A stretch of DNA of 63,551 nucleotides, filler included, from Octopus bimaculoides (lineage: Eukaryota), in the NCBI RefSeq assembly GCF_001194135.2. It is 5 parts of 5 records of this genome, joined end to end, with 100 filler letters (N's around TTAATTAATTAA, not from the genome) between each part and the next. Parts side by side here need not be neighbours in the genome. Positions count along the whole stretch, not along the records: positions 41,361 to 60,204 come from NC_068993.1; positions 60,305 to 63,551 come from NC_068982.1; 3 more parts are not named here. One strand, given 5' to 3'. The notes beneath the pieces are model-generated. The model saw only the letters and a list, made by a program, of their open reading frames with translations. It did not search any database and had not been told where the DNA came from. Each line of letters starts with the position of its first letter. The stretch's first letter is position 1. Below are positions 53,255-63,551 of this stretch, in pieces. The position numbers and the translations under genes were made by a program.

Positions 53255-53972
53255 NNNNNNNNNNNNNNNNNNNNNNNNNNNNNNNNNNNNNNNNNNNNNN
53301 NNNNNNNNNNNNNNNNNNNNNNNNNNNNNNNNNNNNNNNNNNNNNNNNNNNNNNNNNNNNNNNNNNNNNNNNNNNNNNNNNNNNNNNNNNNNNNNNNNNN
53401 NNNNNNNNNNNNNNNNNNNNNNNNNNNNNNNNNNNNNNNNNNNNNNNNNNNNNNNNNNNNNNNNNNNNNNNNNNNNNNNNNNNNNNNNNNNNNNNNNNNN
53501 NNNNNNNNNNNNNNNNNNNNNNNNNNNNNNNNNNNNNNNNNNNNNNNNNNNNNNNNNNNNNNNNNNNNNNNNNNNNNNNNNNNNNNNNNNNNNNNNNNNN
53601 NNNNNNNNNNNNNNNNNNNNNNNNNNNNNNNNNNNNNNNNNNNNNNNNNNNNNNNNNNNNNNNNNNNNNNNNNNNNNNNNNNNNNNNNNNNNNNNNNNNN
53701 NNNNNNNNNNNNNNNNNNNNNNNNNNNNNNNNNNNNNNNNNNNNNNNNNNNNNNNNNNNNNNNNNNNNNNNNNNNNNNNNNNNNNNNNNNNNNNNNNNNN
53801 NNNNNNNNNNNNNNNNNNNNNNNNNNNNNNNNNNNNNNNNNNNNNNNNNNNNNNNNNNNNNNNNNNNNNNNNNNNNNNNNNNNNNNNNNNNNNNNNNNNN
53901 NNNNNNNNNNNNNNNNNNNNNNNNNNNNNNNNNNNNNNNNNNNNNNNNNNNNNNNNNNNNNNNNNNNNNNNN

Positions 53973-54043
<71 letters not shown>

Positions 54044-54427
54044 TACATGTAAATGGTATTGCCTTGTAGTCTTTTCGAGAGACATCAAGAAGTCAAACCA
54101 ATATTTATCAAAAGATATTCCAAAATCAGACATTCTTCGTGGTACTTTTTTTTCTAGAATAGCTGTTTAAAATTTAGACACCAGGCAAACCAGGGGAATA
54201 GTCGATTATATTGATCCCTGAACTGGACCCAGAAAAAAGTGAAAACATGACTTCGGTTGAAGGAACAGTTACAAAGAACTGCGTCCAGACGTGATAGCGT
54301 TTCTGCCATTTTGCCGTCTCACTGCCTTCAAAAATAATGTAACACATTTCATTTTGTGAAGGGACCACTAATTGGACAACAGACCTGCTACAAATAGCAG
54401 CCAAATATCTCTTAAATATATAATATA

Positions 54428-55184
54428 ATATATAATTTAGTGGTAATGAAAATTTCTCTCAGAACGAATAAGGGAGAAAATTTTGTAGTTTCAATATCTC
54501 TGTTATCGCAATGAAGAAGATTTTCTAATTGTTAATGTTGACTGGTGTACCACATCCCTGAGAAAAATAGATAGTGGAGGTCATGTTATGGGTTCATTTG
54601 ATTTAAATATCCAACAAAAAGAACAACAACAGCAACGATAATTCTTAAACTCATGTGTTGTGCTGATTCCAAAAATACCATCAGTTGACTCCATTGACTC
54701 TAGCATTCAAGATAATGCATATCTCATTATATGCCTATGCCACTCGTGTGCTGACTCTAGGAATATCAGATGTAATTTAAAATTTGGTGCTTCAGAAGTC
54801 AGGCGTATTCTTGGGTATATTTAGGACGCTGATTCCAAAACCGCCTTTAATTTCGTCTTATCAGGTTCATTTAATTAGCGATTTGTCTTTTTTTTAACGG
54901 GAAATTAATCAGTCGATCAATCAAACAACTAGGTTTGACAGAATCCTCTAGCCAGGCTGATTGAAGGACCAAACGATTTGTGAAGCAACCGATTAGCTGA
55001 TTGGTAAAGTGGTTAACTCATTGACTAATATTAATAATGAAAGAAGTGAAATAGAACTAGTGCATGTGTTTATTATTGGCATAATGACCCTCCCAAGGTA
55101 TGGCATACCTTCCATTATATATAATTTAGTGGTAATGAAAATTTCCCTCAGAACGAATACGGGAGAAAAATCTGTAGTTTCAAA
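54428..55184 (+). repeat. Direct repeat of about 68 bp (54428-54494 and 55117-55184)
   Basis: atatataatttagtggtaatgaaaattt.(c)tcagaacgaata.gggagaaaa.t.tgtagtttcaa occurs twice, about 690 bp apart. Confidence 0.85.
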
Positions 55185-55669
55185 TAGATTAAAATTACGA
55201 AGGAACATTGAAAGTTTGCGTGATGAGACTAATTTTTAGTTGCTATAGTAACATCTGCAGACCGACTTTTCGTGTCGTGTACTCCTCAGTAATCTTAAGT
55301 CAATACGCAACTACCAGACAGATTCAAATGGATGGTATATAGTCTACGTGTGAAAATAATTCACTAATCAGACAATGTAAAATAATGACGTTGGGAAATT
55401 TTCCCATGGGTAGTGGACTCCTATAACATTATTGAGAAACTTCAATAGAAAGTTGTTATACAATCAATCAAGATCTATATTGGTAAATATAAGAATAAAA
55501 CATTTATTTACCTTTCCATGTTGAGCTACCGGTATTCTCTCTTTGTTAAGGTTCCGTCCCTTGGAGACTTTTGTTCTTCGTGGTTTTCAATATGAAGTGC
55601 TTTGTGGTATTTAGTCAACGGCAAGTTGCGTTCTCATTTCAAATTCTACCGAGGTCAAACTTTGAAATT

Positions 55670-55845
55670 CAGGAGTGGCTGCGTGGTAAGTAGCTTGCTT
55701 ACCAACGACATGGTTCCGGGTTCAGTCCCGCTGAGTTGCATCTTCGGCAAGTTGTCTTCTACTATAGCCTCGGGCCGACCAAAGCCTTATGGGTGGATTT
55801 GCTAGACGGAAACTGAAAGTAGCCCGTCGTACACACACACACACC

Positions 55846-55894
<49 letters not shown>

Positions 55895-55980
55895 ATGTTT
55901 GTGTGTCTGTGTTTGTTCCCCCAACATCGCTTCACAACCGATGCTGGTGTGTTTACGTCCCCGTAACTTAGCGGTTCGGT
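55670..55980 (+). mobile_element. Composite SINE: family A head, internal CA/TA microsatellite, family F tail
   Basis: A box tggctgcgtgg and B box gggttcagtccc, core ending cccgtcgt, microsatellite, then gtgtctgtgtttgttccc...gtaacttagcggttcgg. Confidence 0.85.
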
Positions 55981-56910
55981 GAAACACAGGCGCCTGATTA
56001 ATGTTTGTTGCAAATTTGGAGGAACGGGGCCGGATATTCTTCAAGTTACGAAAATGCTTTTAAAATGTGTTTTATCTGCGCCTAGGCCCGCATTAGGTAA
56101 GAATTTAAAAATTTTTTGAATCATTACACTCTATGGACCCTATGTAATGTATGCGTAAAATTTCATTAAAATCATTCGGGTGGATCTCGAGTTTTAACGA
56201 CATGACAAACACACAGACAGACACACATCCTGTATTTTATAGATATACTTGTGTATGGCTTTGTGAAGACAAGACGAAGCAAAAGAATTGTGAAAACCTG
56301 GAAAACGATAGATAGCGTGTATAGTGTCATGAAAGAGAACAAGAAATATACGAATATATATGAGATATTACACAGGTGAAATATTTAAATCAAGCAACAT
56401 AATGAAAAAATTAAGTCTCACGGCAAGGACAAATTTCACAAGGGACAAATTGACAAACAATATTAAATATATAGCGAAAGTTTTTCGAGCGAATTGAAAA
56501 AGAATCGACTAACCGAGAAAAATTGTGCAACAAGTATCCCTGAAAGAAAAAATTATATAGTTGACTGTTCAAATGTAAAACCAGTGAAGAAAGAGAAACG
56601 AAATGAGATGTAACGAAGAGCGAAACGTACCCAAGGTAGGAAGAAATATCAGATGGAAGAGAGAACAAGGTGGAGAGAGAAAGAAGGAAAAGAGGCGAAG
56701 AGCGTGAGAAAAGAAGAGGGGAAGAATGTACTCAACACGCACTTTATAATTAGTTTTACAGAGATTATTCTTCACCGAAGAATACAAGAAAAATATTCGT
56801 AACTTATTAATTATTCGAAGCGACAACATTGAGTGTACAATAAAAAGAATAAAGAGAAGTAGGCGTTATCTTGCTTCATGCAAAACTTCTGTTGTGTATA
56901 CATACACACG

Positions 56911-56956
<46 letters not shown>

Positions 56957-56980
56957 CGTAAAGAGAGAGAAAGACAGAGA

Positions 56981-57020
<40 letters not shown>

Positions 57021-57384
57021 TACAGATATAGATTTAGATAAATATAGAGAGAAAACAAAGATAGATAGATATGGACACACAAATATATAGATATGTATAC
57101 ATATATGCATATATATATATGTATGTATATATATATACATATATATATATGTATGTATGTACATACATGTATATGTATATACGTATACATGTATATGTAT
57201 GTACATATATGTATATGTATATACGTATATACATGCACTCACACACTCACACATAAAGAGAATCGATAGATATACACATACGTACACACATCTGTATGTG
57301 CATGAGTGTATGTATTGATACACACACACATATATACACGCACATCTACACATGTCTATCATCGATCACTTCATGCATATTCTT

Positions 57385-57805
57385 TTATTCTCTTACTTGT
57401 TTTAGTCAATAGACTGTGGCCATGCTGGGGCACCACCTTGAAGTGTTTGACAGAGCCACTAAGTTGCGGGGACGTAAACACACCAACACTGGTTATCAAG
57501 CGGTGGGGCGGGGGGCAAACACAAGCACAAAAAAACATACACACACACACATATATATATATAATAAGATGAGAAAATAGAGGGATAATTAATTAATTAT
57601 TATTTATTAATTAAACATTTTCTACTATATATATACATATGTTTATGACGGGCTTCTTTCAGTTTCCGTGTACCAAATCCACTCACAAGGCTTTGGTCAG
57701 ACCGAAACTACAGTAGAATACACTTGCCCCAGGTTCCACGCAGTGGGACTGAACACGTAACCGTGTGGTTGAGAAGTTCTTACCACACAACCACGCCTGC
57801 GCCGA
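57385..57805 (-). mobile_element. Composite SINE (A head, AT-rich simple repeat, F tail)
   Basis: Reverse complement of the arrangement at 55670-55980. Confidence 0.8.
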
Positions 57806-57890
57806 TATATATATATATATATTAATTATACATACATACATACTATTTACACCACCTGTCCTCGTCTGTTGTTATTATTTGTATATTCTC

Positions 57891-57931
<41 letters not shown>

Positions 57932-58181
57932 TATATGTATATATGTATGTATATATGTATGACAGGGACGTAGGTGTGGCGAGTAGTTTGCTTACCAACC
58001 ACATGGCTCCGAGTTAATATATTATTTACACGTATATATGTACATATGTGCGTATATATATGAACCCACACATAATGTACATATACATATACAGGCAAAC
58101 ATATATTTACATATATACATATATATATATATATATATACACATATATATATGTATATAGGTATATATATATGTATGTATG

Positions 58182-58222
<41 letters not shown>

Positions 58223-58930
58223 TGATGTAGAGGTCTTTAGGATATACACGTGTATATGTCACAAACGGATGAAACACTATCAGTTACAGAACTCGCTGTA
58301 AAGAATGGAGTCAAATAAAACGACTGGAGGACTCAACGAGGTGAAACTTTACGTTAGTCACTATTCATAAGATATTATACTATAACCTTATACAACATCG
58401 CATAACTTAATATAATCTGTCTTGACCAAAGATCATTTCACAGATGGCTGAGGGCTATAGAGATTGTCCTTATAATCATTAATATTTTGCATTCTGCTAC
58501 GTTGTACTTTAGACATTTCGACTCTAATCCAGATTTCCCTGGGTTGGCAAATCTAATCTTTATCAGTATTGGTACATGTGTGTATGCATGTATCTGTGTG
58601 TGTGTAAAAAATATATGCATATATATATATACATACACGCACGTTTATATACGAAACATATATGCCTATATATATTTCATGTAGTAGATTTTGTTTTTAT
58701 ATAAGTGTGTGTATATATATATATACCGTTATGTACTTTAACTACAGCATAGGAGCATTTTAGCTCTTATTTCTAGCAATGTAGGTGTTCTAACACCCAA
58801 CTCATATTTAGTGACAATTTACATGCATAGACATTTAACATTTATATACAAATACGATGAAAGTAAAAGTTTGTTTTAGAAACGTTGAGATGTATTGAAA
58901 GATACAGAAACCATTCTTTTTTTAATTCTC

Positions 58931-59290
58931 AAACGCGTGCTAATGCAAATAAATAGCGTGACCAGGATAAATTATCCATACATTGCAGAAAAATACGTTA
59001 CCGGCCAGCCATGAGACTCGAACTGTCAAGTGCTTTACCATTAATGCTAAACGGACCAGTAACGAATTCGTCTGCAATTTTAGAAATTATAAATTTAGCC
59101 TCATAAGACGCTAACATTAAATTCAACTTCCGATGAGATTAAACAAAGTCTGTTTTAGAAGCGTTGAGATGTATTACGCGTAATCACAGGTGTGTGAGTT
59201 CGAGTCTCATGGCTGGCCGGTAACGTATTTTTCTGCAATGTATGGATAATTTATCCTGATCACGCTATTTATTAGCATTATCACGCGTTT
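58931..59290. repeat. 94-bp inverted repeat (3 mismatches) formed by two divergent tRNA-like repeat copies
   Basis: 58931-59024 versus 59197-59290; both arms begin with the B-box-like GTTCGAGTC. Confidence 0.9.
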
Positions 59291-59296
59291 ATATAA

Positions 59297-59363
<67 letters not shown>

Positions 59364-60204
59364 NNNNNNNNNNNNNNNNNNNNNNNNNNNNNNNNNNNNN
59401 NNNNNNNNNNNNNNNNNNNNNNNNNNNNNNNNNNNNNNNNNNNNNNNNNNNNNNNNNNNNNNNNNNNNNNNNNNNNNNNNNNNNNNNNNNNNNNNNNNNN
59501 NNNNNNNNNNNNNNNNNNNNNNNNNNNNNNNNNNNNNNNNNNNNNNNNNNNNNNNNNNNNNNNNNNNNNNNNNNNNNNNNNNNNNNNNNNNNNNNNNNNN
59601 NNNNNNNNNNNNNNNNNNNNNNNNNNNNNNNNNNNNNNNNNNNNNNNNNNNNNNNNNNNNNNNNNNNNNNNNCGTCTATATAAATAGAAAAGATGCGAAT
59701 GGCCGCTTGTGGAATGGTTTTAAATTTGTTAGCCCCGATGATCAGCATTAACCCGAGGTGAAACAGCAACAAGAACAACCATCAGATACGACAGCAATGT
59801 GGTGTGTTGCAATAAATGTCATTGGTTGTGAGTTATGAGGGAGGAGAAGTAGGAGGTGCAGGGTGAAGGAGGGGGGAAAGATTACTGTAAACCATTGACA
59901 TCCGGTAGGTCATAGATGTCAACTTGGCATTTTTCACACCTCTTAACACCATCTGAACTAACATCATCAGCAGCAGCAGCATCATAGCCAACGTCAACAC
60001 CACCACCACCACGACAAACAACAACAACAACAGCAACGACTATTACTACTACTACTACTACTACTTTCTGCATCGCCATGAATACTATAATTGCTACCAT
60101 TACCACCGCCACCACTATCACTCTATCGCCACTACTATCACACTAGCATTGTTATCATCATTACCATCGCCACCACCACCACCACCACCACCACCACCAC
60201 CACC

Positions 60205-60304
60205 NNNNNNNNNNNNNNNNNNNNNNNNNNNNNNNNNNNNNNNNNNNNTTAATTAATTAANNNNNNNNNNNNNNNNNNNNNNNNNNNNNNNNNNNNNNNN
60301 NNNN
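60205..60304. other. Scaffold-joining linker
   Basis: 44 N + TTAATTAATTAA + 44 N. Confidence 0.95.
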
Positions 60305-61032
60305 ACACACACGAACACACACAAACACAAACGCGCGCGCACACAAGACATTTTACTAAGATCTTATATATTTTTCAGGTTCATTCTTACGACGTATTGA
60401 ATATATTTATAGATTCATACATATATCGACTTATCTTGATGCATATATATACTCTAAATACAAATATCATTTTGCAGAAAATCATCTTGCCAGAATTTAT
60501 GTCAAATTCCCGAATGATATATTGCAAGCCACGTTAAATGTAGTAATGAAAGAAGACAGTATTTACTTTTCTTTGGTAATATTGACATTGTTTAGACCTT
60601 CACATTTTATTTTAAAGTTCAAAATTATTTTTTAATAAATGCTAAATGCTGAATACAGCAAAACAATGGAAAGCCTCGCATATTTCTAAAGTCTTTGGAA
60701 TGATATGTCAAAGCAAACGTCACATGTATACAACAGAATATCTGTTATAATTCTATCAATCATTTTTGATTTGCAATCAAAACAATACCGTCCTAACCTC
60801 TAGGAAAGCAGATGTTAAATGATCATTGCTTAGCTTAGCACGTTCTTCGCTAGTTTTCTTAATATTATTTATTTATTTATCGTGCACATACATATATAAC
60901 TATACACATGCGCATACATATGCTCGTACTTATATACATACATACATACACCCACACACCCACGCACACACTCACATACATACATAAATACATACATACA
61001 TACATACACACATACATACATACATACATACA

Positions 61033-61065
<33 letters not shown>

Positions 61066-61076
61066 TTATATATAGG

Positions 61077-61220
61077 CGCAGGAGTGGCTGTGTGGTAAGT
61101 AGCTTGCTTATCAACCACATGGTTCCGGGTTCATTCCCACTGCGTGGCACCTTGGGTAAGTGTCTTCTACTATAGCCTCGGGCCGACCAAAGCCTTGTGA
61201 GTGGATTTGGTAGACAGAAA
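61077..61220 (+). mobile_element. Family A SINE head/core, well preserved, running into a gap
   Basis: ggcgcaggagtggctgtgtggtaagtagcttgc...gggttcattccc...ttgggtaagtgtcttctactatagcctcgggccgacc...gaagcctgtcgtat. Confidence 0.9.
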
Positions 61221-61989
61221 CTGAAAGAAGCCTGTCGTATNNNNNNNNNNNNNNNNNNNNNNNNNNNNNNNNNNNNNNNNNNNNNNNNNNNNNNNNNNNN
61301 NNNNNNNNNNNNNNNNNNNNNNNNNNNNNNNNNNNNNNNNNNNNNNNNNNNNNNNNNNNNNNNNNNNNNNNNNNNNNNNNNNNNNNNNNNNNNNNNNNNN
61401 NNNNNNNNNNNNNNNNNNNNNNNNNNNNNNNNNNNNNNNNNNNNNNNNNNNNNNNNNNNNNNNNNNNNNNNNNNNNNNNNNNNNNNNNNNNNNNNNNNNN
61501 NNNNNNNNNNNNNNNNNNNNNNNNNNNNNNNNNNNNNNNNNNNNNNNNNNNNNNNNNNNNNNNNNNNNNNNNNNNNNNNNNNNNNNNNNNNNNNNNNNNN
61601 NNNNNNNNNNNNNNNNNNNNNNNNNNNNNNNNNNNNNNNNNNNNNNNNNNNNNNNNNNNNNNNNNNNNNNNNNNNNNNNNNNNNNNNNNNNNNNNNNNNN
61701 NNNNNNNNNNNNNNNNNNNNNNNNNNNNNNNNNNNNNNNNNNNNNNNNNNNNNNNNNNNNNNNNNNNNNNNNNNNNNNNNNNNNNNNNNNNNNNNNNNNN
61801 NNNNNNNNNNNNNNNNNNNNNNNNNNNNNTATATATATATGCACAAACATCTATGTGTATTTGTAATTATACTCATAGATATAAACACACATGCATACAT
61901 ATGCATCTGTGTATGTCTGTCTGTATATATGTATATATGCATGTATGCACACACATATACATCTTTCATCGTTTATTTTTACTGTTTTC

Positions 61990-62420
61990 ACCAAGACGCT
62001 GAGGTCATGCTGGAGCTCCGTCTTTCAGTGTATTTGGACTTCTTTTCTGTACTGATTCTGGTGGAATAGGGAGTTGGACGGAGTTGTCTACTCTTCTTTG
62101 TGCTACCTGCTGCGATGTGAGTTTATCTGGTATCTCCGATAAAAATTTGTCCAGACGCTCTTTGAAAACCTCCACATCTACACCTCGCAATTTCCTGATG
62201 TTGCCAGCAGAATGATGAATAGTTACGGACTCCTGAAACTCCAATTACTACAGTACTAGGATTTTATTTGTGATGGAGAAGATGAGATCTTTGGTAGTAT
62301 ACATTGCCGTCCAGTTCGGTTGTTGGTATAGCTTTCAATTCCAAAGTTCCAGGATCTTTCATATGTATATAACTGTTCATCTTTCACGCCTTCTCTCTAG
62401 GGAGTAATGCTTCAGTTTCT
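61990..62420 (-). mobile_element. CR1/L2-group LINE ORF2 C-terminal fragment
   Basis: LERRRER*TVIYI*KILE...NRTGRQCILPK...NIRKLRGVDVEVFKERLDKFLSEIPD. Confidence 0.7.
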
Positions 62421-62679
62421 TTAGCTTGTGTGTTTCACCGAGCCAATCTTTTTTGTGCAGTGGCGTGGGATTGCTTCTACTGAGTGAAGGAGGCTCTGAA
62501 GGGGGTGGGATGTATTGGTTTACAAGAATTTGGAAAGGTAAGTTTAATAAGAATGGTAGTGAGAAAGAATAGTTTAATAAGAATGGTAGTATTTGTTGAA
62601 ATAGTAGGTTGCTAGGCTGACCTTTTCTTAGTTCAAGGTTAATTTTGAATAAGAATATATACCTTTGGGATTACAAAGC

Positions 62680-62957
62680 GTTGATGACATGTGCGAATGA
62701 TGAGTAGAACCTGTGTTTGCAAGACAGTATTACATCTGAGAATCTATTAAGTAATGAGGGGTTGTGGAAGCGAAGAATGGTTAGTGATTCTCTTAAACCT
62801 AAATTACACATACCGAGGTTTGCGTTGCATAGGGAGCCTCACATACAATGGAACAGGATAGAGAACATTGAATATTTTGAGATTTAAGGTTGTGCATATA
62901 AGTTGTTAAGGAGGTTGATAATTTAAAATTTGGATTGGAGAAAGAGTTCATATGTGC
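62680..62957 (-). mobile_element. Penelope-like GIY-YIG C-terminal fragment
   Basis: HMNSFSNPNFKLSTSLTTYMHNLKSQ..., then after a frameshift MCNLGLRESLTIL...LLNRFSDVILSCKH; same pattern as 9140-9424. Confidence 0.65.
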
Positions 62958-63169
62958 ACGGTGAGCTGGCAGAATTTTTAGCGGGTTGGACGAAACGCTT
63001 AACAGTATTTCGTCTGTCGCTACGTTCTGAGTTCAAATTTGGCCGACGTCGACTTTACCTTTCATCCTTTCGGGGTCGATGAAATAAGTACCGGTTGAAC
63101 ACTGGGGTCGACGTAATCGACTCATCCCCTCCCCCAAATTGCTGTCTTTGTGGCAAAATTTGAGACTAT

Positions 63170-63172
63170 TAT

Positions 63173-63223
<51 letters not shown>

Positions 63224-63224
63224 C

Positions 63225-63281
<57 letters not shown>

Positions 63282-63310
63282 GTTATCATCATCATCATCC
63301 CCATCATCAT
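63170..63310. repeat. (ACT)n/(ACC)n/(ATC)n trinucleotide repeat
   Basis: Visible directly. Confidence 0.95.
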
Positions 63311-63551
63311 TTTCATTAACATCTTTCAATTCTGTTTCCATTTCTTGACGAGTATCTTCCTGACTCCTGGGGCAGAGAAACGTACTGTATACATTCGTAG
63401 ACCATTAAAACAACTACACCAGATTGTTCATTAACAGAGTCATGTGATAGAAAAAAATGGGAAGACAGAAAGAGAAAAAAAATGTGGTGGTGCTTGTACC
63501 ATTTGTCAGCACTTTTGATTTTATAATGCCGTCACATTATCCAATGTCGAT

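Noticed and set aside
55239-55252. RFX X-box-like palindrome GTTGCTATAGTAAC
   Set aside because: Single short motif with no identifiable nearby gene start, probably within a repeat.
59882-59960. Minus reading RCEKCQVDIYDLPDVNGLQ* as a possible terminal exon
   Set aside because: Short, embedded in trinucleotide repeats, with no clear acceptor.
439-63434. Most ORFs in the supplied track (poly-YI, HT, VC, V, T, D/G and X-filled)
   Set aside because: They are translations of microsatellites or run through N gaps; no coding signal.

Overview
AT-rich, microsatellite- and retroposon-dense eukaryotic (animal) genomic DNA. The SINE, RTE and Penelope content and (TA)n/(CA)n density suggest an octopus-like coleoid cephalopod; this is inferred, not verified by search. 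The window is not one contiguous molecule. Four identical 100-nt linkers (44 N + TTAATTAATTAA + 44 N) split it into five joined pieces: 1-22388, 22489-35529, 35630-41260, 41361-60204 and 60305-63551. The first piece holds the only gene I can support: seven + strand GT-AG exons (1312-21681) with consistent phases. They splice into a 351-codon open frame: signal peptide, one complete ependymin/LolA-fold-like domain and the start of a second. Start codon and 3' exons were not found. The rest is transposon debris: several tRNA-headed SINE families, RTE LINEs (one family has a PHD-like Cys/His insert inside the RT region), BovB-like RTE, a CR1/L2-like fragment, three Penelope-like fragments, a hAT MITE with TSD, and simple repeats. 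Best second-look items: (1) two diverged copies of a repeat that together reconstruct a type I hammerhead ribozyme (32946-33015 minus, 35306-35376 plus); (2) the tandem EPDR/LolA-like secreted protein, whose last exon reads in frame into a His/Cys hexapeptide repeat; (3) a near-perfect 94-bp inverted repeat at 58931-59290. Almost all ORFs in the supplied track are microsatellite or gap artefacts.
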